A model generated the notes under the pieces. It saw only the letters and a list, made by a program, of their open reading frames with translations. It ran no database searches and had not been told where the DNA came from. From Candidatus Bathyarchaeota archaeon (GTDB lineage Archaea > Thermoproteota > Bathyarchaeia > Bathyarchaeales > Bathycorpusculaceae), in NCBI GenBank assembly GCA_963739305.1, contig CAVTZU010000036.1:11284-75283 (forward strand): 64,000 nucleotides of DNA, in the 5' to 3' direction. The position numbers and the translations under genes were made by a program. This document shows, in pieces, positions 9,961 through 18,800 of this stretch (within the stretch, counting starts at the first letter, position 1; each line of letters begins with the position of its first letter).

Positions 9961-10371
9961 ATGAGAATTCTCCGTAGGCAGAACTCAACTTACGCGCTCA
10001 GTCTATTCCTGGTCTTACTGGGAGTTGCGGCACTCCTATTCACGGTCTGGAAAACTTGGCCTCAAGTCTCCTCAGCCACGGATCCCCTCTCAACCTTCAT
10101 GAATCTATTAGGAACTGAAAAACTGGATTTTGTTCCAATTTTTGAATTCAAACTGGTACACCTTTTTGCTTTGGGCGACGCACTGCTAATTTCAGGCGTC
10201 TTGCTGTACATCTTGAGTGTGCAATGGTTTTATCTGCCTGGAAGAATCGTGTGGTTCAGATGCCCGTTCTGCCACAAGGATTGGAGGTCAACGGGAGACA
10301 AGGCACTGGTGCATTGTCCTCATTGCCGCCAACTGGTCCATCCGACTCTGATCGAGAAAAAGGACGCATAG
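9961..10371 (+). CDS. membrane protein with C-terminal zinc ribbon
   Basis: Two TM segments, then CPFC-x12-CPHC. Confidence 0.7.
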   Translation: MRILRRQNSTYALSLFLVLLGVAALLFTVWKTWPQVSSATDPLSTFMNLLGTEKLDFVPIFEFKLVHLFALGDALLISGVLLYILSVQWFYLPGRIVWFRCPFCHKDWRSTGDKALVHCPHCRQLVHPTLIEKKDA

Positions 10372-10483
10372 AAAACCAGCGCCTCTTTCCTTGTAGTATA
10401 GCCCGCGCGCAAACGTCCACGACGTGAGTCAAACATCTCAACGGAACCCTCCATCAGCCCAACGATGTCTCGTTAACGCAAGC

Positions 10484-10622
10484 ACTACATGCAAAACGCA
10501 TCAGAAACCACACCCAGAACCTCAAACAGCCCTCCCGAGCACCCCAAGCCCAGCACCGCACGCGAAAAAAAGGCCGGGGGGTAGGGTGTTTTAGAGCTGA
10601 AAACACTCAAAATCCATGTTGA
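10484..10622 (+). repeat. 139-bp dispersed element, copy 1
   Basis: 49-bp core 10564-10612 identical to 48800-48848; ends ACTACATG...CATGTTGA. Confidence 0.85.
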
Positions 10623-10629
10623 GTAGGCC

Positions 10630-12993
10630 CTAGAACGACCTGTGCTCAGTTCGCTTGATAATCTCGTCCTGCAACTCCTTGCTCAAATTAACAAAGTAAT
10701 CACTGAAACCCGCAACCCTCACCAACAAATCACCATACTTCTCCGGATGCCTCTGCGCCTCACGCAACGTCTCAGCGTTCACCACATTGAACTGAACATG
10801 ATGACCATCAAGCCGAAAATACCCACGAACAAGATTCGCCAACTTACTCAAACCCTCCTCGCTCTCCAACAACTCCGGCGCAAACTTCTGATTCAACAAA
10901 GTCCCACCCGTCCTCACATGATCAATCTTCGAAACCGACTTCACCACGGCCGTCGGACCCTCCCGGTCCGCACCCTGAACGGGCGAAACCCCCTCCGACA
11001 ACGGTTCACCCGCTCTCCGCCCGTCAGCCGAAGCTCCAACCATCTTGCCGAAATAGACGTGCACAGTCGTTGGCAACAAATTAACCCTATACTTGCCGCC
11101 CTTAGTGTTCGGACGCCCATCAATAGCACCAAAATAAGCCTCAAAAACCTCCCGCATCACCGAATCCGCGTAATCATCGTCATTCCCGTACTTCGGCGTC
11201 TTATTCAACAATCGCTGCCGCAGAACCTCGAAGTCCTTAAAATCAGCAGCAAGAGCCTTCAAAAAGTCACGCAACAGAACTTCCTTCCGATCATAAACAT
11301 GATACTTCAAAGCCGCCAAAGAATCTGTAACCGAACCCAGACCAACACCCTGAATATAATTCGTGTTATACCGAGCACCGCCATCATTGTAATCCTTACC
11401 CTTCGAAATGCAATCACTGATCAGAAGAGACAGAAACGGAACAGGAAGGACCTCAGCGTACAACCTCTCAATCACGTTGTTTCCTCTGACTTTCACATCC
11501 ACGAAATACTCAAGCTGCCTCTTGAAAGCGCCAAAAAGCTCCTCAAAAGACCCAAACTCACACGGATTTCCAGTCTCAACCCCAATCTTCTTGCCCGTAC
11601 GCGGGTCAACCCCATTGTTCAAAGCGACTTCAAGCACCTTCGGCAGATTGAAGTAGCCCGTAAGAATGTAACTCTCCTTCCCAAACGCGCCCGTCTCAAC
11701 ACAGCCACTCGCCCCCCCGTTCCTAGCATCCTCAATCGTCTTCCCCTGCCTCAACAACTCCTGAACAATAGCATCCGTGTTGAAAACAGACGGCTGCCCA
11801 AAACCCGTCCTAATAATCTCCAAAGCACACTTGAGAAAACTGTCAGGAGACCTCTTGCTGATCTGAACCATCGACCCAGGCTGCGGAATCCTCATCTCCC
11901 CAATAACATCCAGAATCAAGTAAGAAAGCTCATTCACCGCATCCGAACCATCCCCCTTCACACCGCCCAAGTTGACCAACGCAAAATCATTGTACGTGTT
12001 ACTCTCCTCAGCCGTAACCCCAACCTTCGGCGGCGCCGGCTGATTGTTAAACTTCACCCAGAACAACTCAAGAAGCTCCCTCGCCTTCTCCTTCGTCAAA
12101 CTCCCATCCTCAAGCCCCCTCTTGAAGAAAGGATACAAATGCTGATCCAGCCTCCCCGGGTTGAAAGCGTCCCACGGATTCACTTCCACGATGACACCCA
12201 AATGAATGAACCAATAATGCTGCAGAGCTTCCCAAAAATCCCGCGGAGCATACTTAGGAACCCGACTGCACACATCGACTATTTTCTTAAGCTCCTTCTT
12301 CCTCTTCGCACTCTTCTCTTTCCTAAGCAGCTGCTTCGCTTTCTCAACGTGACGCAATGCGTAGCAAATCAAGGCGTCAGCCGCAATTTGCATCGCCTTG
12401 AGCTCCTCCATCTTCTGGTGCGCGCTCGGATCAACCAGAAAATCCAAACTTTCCATGCTTTTTCTAATATCTTCTTTGAAGTCAACCAAACCTTTCCGAT
12501 AGATTTTGTCGTCCAACGCGGTGTGCCCAGGAGCCCTCTGTTCCAGAAACTCTGTAAAAACACCTGTGCCGTAAGCAGCTTTCCACTCATCAGACATTTC
12601 ATTGAAGACAACGTCCCTGATCGACCTGCCCTTCCAAAAAGGAATAACCCTCTCCCTGTACACCTTTCTGGTCTCCGCATCCACGCCGTAAGGAGTCTTC
12701 TTCCTCGCATCCAGAATCTCCAAGTCACCAAGCGAATGACAGCATATCTCAGGATAAGTCGGGACAAGCTTCGGTCCAGGCCCCCTTTCTCCAACGAGCA
12801 GCTCCCCATCCCCAACGCAAATGTGCTTGTTCTCGAGCAAATGCTTGAACGCCAGTGCTCTTGCAACAGGCGCAGAGACCCGACTCGCAGCATCGCTCTC
12901 ATAGAATTCGGTTATCAGAACAGCCCTCTCCGACGTGATGTATGGCTTCGTCCTGATACTCTCTTCCCTTAAGCGCCTAACTCTCTCGTTCAT
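10630..12993 (-). CDS. hypD: glycyl radical enzyme, trans-4-hydroxy-L-proline dehydratase type
   Basis: PTYPEICCH, EQRAPGH, WDAF, KFNNQPAPPKVG, ESxTYxDF, GCVE, LTGY, LPTT, RVAG(F): motifs recalled from clostridial HypD. Confidence 0.85.
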   Translation of the reverse strand: MNERVRRLREESIRTKPYITSERAVLITEFYESDAASRVSAPVARALAFKHLLENKHICVGDGELLVGERGPGPKLVPTYPEICCHSLGDLEILDARKKTPYGVDAETRKVYRERVIPFWKGRSIRDVVFNEMSDEWKAAYGTGVFTEFLEQRAPGHTALDDKIYRKGLVDFKEDIRKSMESLDFLVDPSAHQKMEELKAMQIAADALICYALRHVEKAKQLLRKEKSAKRKKELKKIVDVCSRVPKYAPRDFWEALQHYWFIHLGVIVEVNPWDAFNPGRLDQHLYPFFKRGLEDGSLTKEKARELLELFWVKFNNQPAPPKVGVTAEESNTYNDFALVNLGGVKGDGSDAVNELSYLILDVIGEMRIPQPGSMVQISKRSPDSFLKCALEIIRTGFGQPSVFNTDAIVQELLRQGKTIEDARNGGASGCVETGAFGKESYILTGYFNLPKVLEVALNNGVDPRTGKKIGVETGNPCEFGSFEELFGAFKRQLEYFVDVKVRGNNVIERLYAEVLPVPFLSLLISDCISKGKDYNDGGARYNTNYIQGVGLGSVTDSLAALKYHVYDRKEVLLRDFLKALAADFKDFEVLRQRLLNKTPKYGNDDDYADSVMREVFEAYFGAIDGRPNTKGGKYRVNLLPTTVHVYFGKMVGASADGRRAGEPLSEGVSPVQGADREGPTAVVKSVSKIDHVRTGGTLLNQKFAPELLESEEGLSKLANLVRGYFRLDGHHVQFNVVNAETLREAQRHPEKYGDLLVRVAGFSDYFVNLSKELQDEIIKRTEHRSF

Positions 12994-13914
12994 TTATCCT
13001 CCACCTATCTTCACGTTTAAACCGAAATCCTCGAGACTCAGCATAATCCTCTTCAACCGCTCATCCGACGGGGACTCGACCTTGTTCAACCCATATCTTC
13101 TACCTAGGCTCCTGTACTTCTCGATTCCGGCTCTGTGATAAGGAAGAACCTGTATGTCTCCAACTCCGTTCCTGCGCAAGAAATCGCCCATCTCAGCTAC
13201 GTTCTCGTTATCATCATTCACACCTGAAATTACCGGAAAACGAACCAGAATACTGCGACCGCTGTTCGCCAGTCTAGCGAAGTTTCCCAAAATCAACCTG
13301 TTCGAAACACCCGTATACCTCTTATGAACCCAATCATTCATGACTTTAAGATCATAAAGAAACAGGTCAACCTTTTCCACGACCTTGTCAAAATCCTCGC
13401 GAGATGCATACCCACAAGTCTCCAACGCTGTATGAATACCTTCTTTTTCGCATCCCTTCAGGAGCTCCTTCAAAAAATCGACTTGCATAAGCGGTTCTCC
13501 ACCAGAAAAAGTAACGCCTCCATTCGATTCCTCAAAAAAAACTTTGTCCTTGACAATTTCCTCCAAGACCGCCTCTACGCCCAGTTTCTTGCCAACAACT
13601 TCGATTGCACCGGTCGGGCACTTCCCATTACACTTGCCACACAGATCGCAAAGTTTCCGGTCTATCGACACCAGTCTCCTTGATAACGCCAGGGCTCCTC
13701 TCGGACAGGCTTTTGAACATTCTTGGCACCCAATGCACTTGTTCTTCCGGTACATCAACTCAGGCTTCAGAATCTGTCCTTCAGGGTTATGACACCACAA
13801 GCAACGAAGGGGACAGCCCTTCAAAAATATGGTGGAGCGGATGCCAGGTCCGTCGTCAACTGCATACCTCTTGATTTCAAAAACAAAACCCTCTGTCGTC
13901 GTTGCACTCACCAA
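12994..13914 (-). CDS. glycyl-radical activating enzyme (radical SAM with 2x[4Fe-4S] ferredoxin insert)
   Basis: DGPGIRST, GCPLRCLWCHNPE, two CxxCxxCxxxCP motifs, SGGEP, LPYH; abuts hypD. Confidence 0.93.
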   Translation of the reverse strand: MVSATTTEGFVFEIKRYAVDDGPGIRSTIFLKGCPLRCLWCHNPEGQILKPELMYRKNKCIGCQECSKACPRGALALSRRLVSIDRKLCDLCGKCNGKCPTGAIEVVGKKLGVEAVLEEIVKDKVFFEESNGGVTFSGGEPLMQVDFLKELLKGCEKEGIHTALETCGYASREDFDKVVEKVDLFLYDLKVMNDWVHKRYTGVSNRLILGNFARLANSGRSILVRFPVISGVNDDNENVAEMGDFLRRNGVGDIQVLPYHRAGIEKYRSLGRRYGLNKVESPSDERLKRIMLSLEDFGLNVKIGGG

Positions 13915-14125
13915 ACGTCGCCTGAATTGGAGCCTGAAATTGCCATAAAAACCTTATGCACTAGCTCTCATGCACTTTACGATTAGACGATGCATCAAGA
14001 AATCCTCATTCAACGGTCATCCAACGATAGTTTTTCCCTATGCTTTCGACAGGTTTAAGAATTGCCTCCTAAAGTAAAGAATAAAAGAGTGCAAATAGAA
14101 ACACTAGAATCACGAGGACAAACAT

Positions 14126-14380
14126 ATGTCATCTGGAAGCGAAGGCTCGAGCAAATATTCATTCATCTCTTTCATACTCAGCATTTTTGGATTCTTCTTC
14201 TTCAGCCTCTACTACATCGGGGGATTCATGGGCGGATTTGCGATACTCCTTTCATTCTTGGCCGAAGACGTTTTCAAGGAAAAATCCGTTTTCCAGTACC
14301 TCGCCATCATCATTGCAGTGATAGATGTATTAGGCGCAATCCTCGGATGGAACATAATATTCCATAGTGGAGCAGGATAG
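14126..14380 (+). CDS. small membrane protein
   Basis: GAGG upstream of ATG; hydrophobic 84 aa. Confidence 0.55.
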   Translation: MSSGSEGSSKYSFISFILSIFGFFFFSLYYIGGFMGGFAILLSFLAEDVFKEKSVFQYLAIIIAVIDVLGAILGWNIIFHSGAG

Positions 14381-14567
14381 AAAACACTAATCCTCCTCGT
14401 TTTTGAATGATCCACCCAATCCGAAAAGAATAAGGCGGAAACGTTCGCGCTCCGTGAATTGCATTCTTGTCAAGTGAGCTTAGAAAATTGCGCTGAATTG
14501 GGCACAAGATATGCCGAAAGCCTTATTCAGAAAGTCAAGTATGTCCTTAAGCTAAGGAGGTAAACAC

Positions 14568-15047
14568 TTGAGTTCAAAAGAAGAGTTGATCGAGTTCCTA
14601 AGAGAACAGGTCAAAGTGGAAAACAAAATCGTTGATTCTCTGAACAAGTCTTTGCCTGAAATCGACAACGCAACAGTGAAGGGTGTCTTGAAAGGAATTT
14701 CATTGGATTCGATCAAGCATGCCGAGATGTACGCTTCCGCTGTCAGACTAATAACGACTGTTTCCAAGGCTTTGACGCAGGAAAACTTGGACAAACAGAA
14801 AGATCTCGTTGAGAAGCACATTCAGATGGAAGCTGAACTCATAAGGAAAATCGGTAAGGTGCTGCCGACGATCAAAGATAGCAAAGTCAAACTTCTACTG
14901 AAAGCTATACTAGAAGATGAAAAGAGGCATCACGGGCTGTTGAAGGAAGTGCTCGAGATATTGGTCAAAGGCGAGACGATCACGGAAGCAGACTGGTGGG
15001 ACATCATATGGAAAGACGTTCCGTTCCACGGATCGCCGGGCGGTTAG
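14568..15047 (+). CDS. ferritin-like (rubrerythrin-type four-helix) protein
   Basis: GGAGG SD; E..E, DSIKH, E..E, DEKRHH di-iron-like pattern. Confidence 0.8.
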   Translation: MSSKEELIEFLREQVKVENKIVDSLNKSLPEIDNATVKGVLKGISLDSIKHAEMYASAVRLITTVSKALTQENLDKQKDLVEKHIQMEAELIRKIGKVLPTIKDSKVKLLLKAILEDEKRHHGLLKEVLEILVKGETITEADWWDIIWKDVPFHGSPGG

Positions 15048-15139
15048 ACCTCAGAAGCCGTAAGTACAGCTGAGCTCTCTTTTACCTTATTGATGAACCC
15101 AAGAGCCAGCCCACAGCACAGGCATTCGACCTTAATGTC

Positions 15140-16147
15140 TCAAGATAGACCAGTCGCAGTCTGGGTGTCCAACGAATCTGAACCGGCGCTATCCCTCTCT
15201 TTAAGAAATCTATCGCTCGTAGCCTTAGCCACAACCGTCAGGTCCCGCAGGGTTTTCAACATCAAGGCTAATTTTCCACCACGGTCAGTCAAACTGTAAG
15301 CCAAAGGCTTCTTCCTTTCAAACACGAGTTTCTTTCCCTTGAGTTTTCTCACGTACTTGTACAATCTCCTCAGCGAGATGTCCGACGAGTTCGCCAATCT
15401 CTTCGCATATATGCCTTCTTGAGGAATATTCTGATAGACTCTGTTTTCAGTCGATGACAAGTTTTCGAGTGAAGAGCACCTTTTGGTTTTGAAAAAGAAT
15501 ACATAATTCTTCTCTTTTCTCGTTTGAACCAGACCTGCTCTTTGAAGTCTGCTCAAGACTCTCGCAGCGCTTTTCGAGGAAATTATCCTCCGCACTTCTT
15601 CGAAGGTCTTAGGTCCACCTAGCATCGAATCCAGAGCTTTTTCTTCATAGCAATCTGAATGTGGCGGAAGAGTATCTTCTAAATCTCGAAAGTCTTTAAG
15701 TAATTCGTTGACTTTGCATCCAAGCACCGTTAGGTAAAACGGATGGTGCGCGTCCTGGACCAGTCCCACATCGACCAAGGGCTGAATATATTCCTCAAGT
15801 ATCGTCTGTTGACTGTGTCTATACCCGAGTGAACTCATCTTTTGCTGGAGTTTCAGCATTGAACAATGCTCCCTTGAAATCATGCCAAGAAGCTCCAACC
15901 GCCTCCGGTTTTTCAACGTGTTCAACAAGAACTCGAGATAATTCGGTCTACTAATCTTTTCATGCATTTTTCTTATTTCGTTTTTTAGCTTCCACGTCTT
16001 ACAATCAGAGATGCAGGTAAGTGCAGTCAGCGGTTTGCACTTTTTGCATCTCTCCTCGAGGTTTCCTAAAATCTGATCGAGAGTCGCCGAGTTCCCCGCT
16101 GTCACTATAAACCCGTTATAATCTGGTGTTTCTATCATATGAATCAC
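15140..16147 (-). CDS. multi-winged-helix DNA-binding protein with N-terminal Cys cluster
   Basis: Repeated wHTH ends (LVDVGLV..YLTVLG, LQRAGLV, LKGKKLV..YSLTDRG); CKKC-x7-CISDC. Confidence 0.7.
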   Translation of the reverse strand: MIHMIETPDYNGFIVTAGNSATLDQILGNLEERCKKCKPLTALTCISDCKTWKLKNEIRKMHEKISRPNYLEFLLNTLKNRRRLELLGMISREHCSMLKLQQKMSSLGYRHSQQTILEEYIQPLVDVGLVQDAHHPFYLTVLGCKVNELLKDFRDLEDTLPPHSDCYEEKALDSMLGGPKTFEEVRRIISSKSAARVLSRLQRAGLVQTRKEKNYVFFFKTKRCSSLENLSSTENRVYQNIPQEGIYAKRLANSSDISLRRLYKYVRKLKGKKLVFERKKPLAYSLTDRGGKLALMLKTLRDLTVVAKATSDRFLKERDSAGSDSLDTQTATGLS

Positions 16148-16229
16148 CTTTGACCGCAGTCACGGCAGGTCTTGAAGAAAATCGGTTGATTCTCGCTCAT
16201 GACTTGGTTTTGGGAATGCTGTCCCTGTC

Positions 16230-16264
16230 ATGACATACGTCATAACAGATATGACATACGTCAT
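16230..16264. promoter_or_regulatory. tandem palindromic operator ATGAC-N4-GTCAT x2 abutting a TATA box
   Basis: ATGACATACGTCAT at 16230-16243 and 16251-16264 (21-bp period); TTTATATA at 16266-16273. Confidence 0.75.
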
Positions 16265-16310
16265 CTTTATATACTTTTCCGCACAACCTAACTCAAACGG
16301 TGAATACTCT

Positions 16311-16697
16311 GTGATACTTCCGTGCGAGGTCGCTGTAAAATCAGTTGTTCCAGCAGTAAAAGCTTTGATGGCGCAACAGCTCGTTGAACAGCATGGCTTG
16401 AACCAAGATCAGGTAGCAGAAGTACTTGGAATTTCTCAATCTGCTGTAAGCAAATACACCAAGAAAGTCAGGGGATACGTTCTAGTGCTAGAAAATGTGG
16501 AGCCTATTCAACCGTTGATTTCAGACATGATAACCATGCTGATGAACGGAGAGTATCAAAGAGCCGAGTTTCTCCAACTCTTCTGTCGAACGTGCGCAAT
16601 CATTCGTCGAACAGGTATGGTCTGCGAGTTTTGCAGGAAATCAGAAGCCAGAATGAATATTGCAGAATGCAATTTCTGCATTCGACCTGACCCCTAG
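16311..16697 (+). CDS. HTH transcriptional regulator (COG2522-like, PCE motif, C-terminal Cys)
   Basis: GTG start; LPCE, QDQVAEVLGISQSAVSKY HTH, three C-terminal CxxC. Confidence 0.85.
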   Translation: MILPCEVAVKSVVPAVKALMAQQLVEQHGLNQDQVAEVLGISQSAVSKYTKKVRGYVLVLENVEPIQPLISDMITMLMNGEYQRAEFLQLFCRTCAIIRRTGMVCEFCRKSEARMNIAECNFCIRPDP

Positions 16698-16716
16698 AAC
16701 CGCAAAAGGTGGCATT

Positions 16717-17652
16717 ATGTCTTCTTTTGATGAAAAAACTGTTTTGGACATTCTCGAAAGAGTCAGCCGGAGTGTCGTTAACATAAGCACTGTGAGACTT
16801 GTGAGTCGAATGTTCTACCAAGTGATCCCGGTTGAAGGGATGGGTTCTGGAACCATAATAGACCAGAAAGGAGAAATCTTGACGAACAATCACGTTGTCG
16901 GAGGAGCCGAGAGAATCGCGGTGACTCTTTGGAATGGTGAGGAACTCGAAGGAACGATAGTTGGTGCATGTTCAGTACACGACACGGCTATCGTAAAAGT
17001 TGAAAAGGAAGGTCTTCCAGCAGCCGAGCTCGGAGATTCAGAAAAGCTGAGAGTTGGACAAAGAGTCTACGCAATCGGAAATCCATTTGGCTTGTCCGGG
17101 GGGCCAACTATAACCTCAGGGGTCATCAGCGCGACGAAAAGAACCATAGAATCTCAGCGAGGGTTGGTAGAGAACCTTGTACAGACTGACGCTGCTATCA
17201 ACCCTGGCAACAGTGGGGGTCCGCTCGTGGACCTTGAAGGAAAAGTTGTCGCCATAAACACGGCCATAATTCCCTATGCTCAAGGAATCGGATTTGCAGT
17301 TCCAATAAATACTGCAAAAAATTGCACGGCCGACATGCAGAAACAGGGAATCTCTGCGAGACCGTGGCTGGGGATCGTGGGTCTTAGCCTCAACGCAGAG
17401 GTCGCGCAGCACTACGGCATACCGCTTGAACGAGGAGTCTTCGTGACAAAGGTCACAGATGGAAGTCCGGCACAGGCTGCAGGCTTGATGATGGGGGACA
17501 TAATCATGAAGATGGACAAAGTAACTATTGACACCGTTGAAGACCTCTTAACCGAGATTCACAAGAGAAAGGTCGGCGAAAACGTCAGAATAATGGTATT
17601 CAGAAGAGGCTTTCAACAATATTTCGATGTTGTACTCAGCAAGATGCCATAG
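16717..17652 (+). CDS. htrA: HtrA/DegP-like serine protease with PDZ domain
   Basis: GSG, TNNHVV, QTDAAINPGNSGGPL, C-terminal PDZ; no signal peptide seen. Confidence 0.93.
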   Translation: MSSFDEKTVLDILERVSRSVVNISTVRLVSRMFYQVIPVEGMGSGTIIDQKGEILTNNHVVGGAERIAVTLWNGEELEGTIVGACSVHDTAIVKVEKEGLPAAELGDSEKLRVGQRVYAIGNPFGLSGGPTITSGVISATKRTIESQRGLVENLVQTDAAINPGNSGGPLVDLEGKVVAINTAIIPYAQGIGFAVPINTAKNCTADMQKQGISARPWLGIVGLSLNAEVAQHYGIPLERGVFVTKVTDGSPAQAAGLMMGDIIMKMDKVTIDTVEDLLTEIHKRKVGENVRIMVFRRGFQQYFDVVLSKMP

Positions 17653-17828
17653 AGTCAGATACAAGCTTTTGACCGAAGTATTTCTCCCATCCTACTCAGG
17701 ACCGTGAGGTTTGAATTGGCAAATCTGTGGTATTAGCATGCTTTCGACGTGGCTTAAACGCGTCATTCAGTTCACTGCTTTCGAGTAACGTATTAGGGAG
17801 TTTTTGTTTAAGACTTTCTGAGATCGAA

Positions 17829-18800
17829 TCAGACGACCAGAGAACGTGTAACGTTCTTTATTGTTGCAGCCGATTTCTTGAAGTTCAAAATCTCTTTCTC
17901 ATCTAGGGGAAGTTTTATGATTTTTCTGATTCCAGTTCGATTGAGGATAACGGGGACGCTTAGGCAGATGTCGCTCACCCCGTAGTAGTCTTCAAGGAAA
18001 CAGGACACAGTCAACACCGCATTTTCGTTCCGAAGTATGCTTTCCACAATCTTCGTCATGCCTAAAGCAACAGCGTAGAACGTTCTTCCTTTGCGTTTAA
18101 TGATCTCATAACCTGCGTTTCGCACTTTCAGAAACATCTCGTTGAAATCGCTGACGCTGTAGAGCGCATCACACGCAGGGCAGAAGTCTTTCAGTTTGAT
18201 CCCTGCAACGTTTGCTAGGCTCCATACAGGCACTTCGCTGTCGCCGTGTTCGCCAATTATGTAGGCGTGAACATTCCTCGGGTCGACTTGTAGGTGCTCT
18301 CCGAGCAAGTATCTAAGGCGTGCAGTGTCCAAAATTGTCCCTGATCCGATTACTTGGTTCTTCTTGAACCCGGACAATTTCAGTGCAGCGTAGGTCATGA
18401 CGTCGAGGGGATTAGTCACGACAAGCAAGATGCACTCTTTGTTGTATTTCGTGATGTTGGGGATTATCTGCTTGAACGTTTCAAAATTCCCCTTTGCCAG
18501 ATCCAGTCTCGATTGTTCTATTTTCTGTCCTTTGTCCACCGCAATCACGACGATGTCTGCACCTCTACAATCGGAATATTCGCCAGCCCAAATTTTGGCT
18601 GGATAGGCAAATGGCATTCCATGAGTCAAATCCATCACTTCTCCTTCCGCTCTTTCTCTGTTGATGTCAATCAACACGATTTCAGGGGCTAACCCGTGAA
18701 TCAGCATTGAATAGGCGAAGGTTGACCCTACCGCGCCAGCGCCAATAATCGCGATCTTAGGTCCACTGAGACTTTTGGATATCATGGCAGGTTCACTCAT
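17829..18800 (-). CDS. ldh: L-lactate dehydrogenase
   Basis: GAGAVG, Gln in the substrate loop (GQKIEQSRLDL), NPLD, GTILDTAR, GEHGDS. Confidence 0.85.
   Translation of the reverse strand: MSEPAMISKSLSGPKIAIIGAGAVGSTFAYSMLIHGLAPEIVLIDINRERAEGEVMDLTHGMPFAYPAKIWAGEYSDCRGADIVVIAVDKGQKIEQSRLDLAKGNFETFKQIIPNITKYNKECILLVVTNPLDVMTYAALKLSGFKKNQVIGSGTILDTARLRYLLGEHLQVDPRNVHAYIIGEHGDSEVPVWSLANVAGIKLKDFCPACDALYSVSDFNEMFLKVRNAGYEIIKRKGRTFYAVALGMTKIVESILRNENAVLTVSCFLEDYYGVSDICLSVPVILNRTGIRKIIKLPLDEKEILNFKKSAATIKNVTRSLVV

Noticed and set aside
10564-10586. G-string resembling an archaeal ORB origin box
   Set aside because: Lacks the TCCA..GAAAC core and there is no orc1/cdc6 gene in the window.
10588-10598. 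GTTTTAGAGCT resembles the start of a type II-A CRISPR repeat
   Set aside because: Only 11 bp, not arrayed with spacers, no cas genes; it is part of the hairpin of the 139-bp element.
10642-12972. 776-aa antisense ORF over hypD
   Set aside because: In register with hypD and explained by its avoidance of TTA/CTA/TCA codons; the translation has no recognisable motifs. Used only as evidence of skew.
16230-16310. ORF-track N-terminus MTYVITDMTYVI
   Set aside because: Translation of the tandem operator upstream of the TATA box; the real start is GTG 16311.
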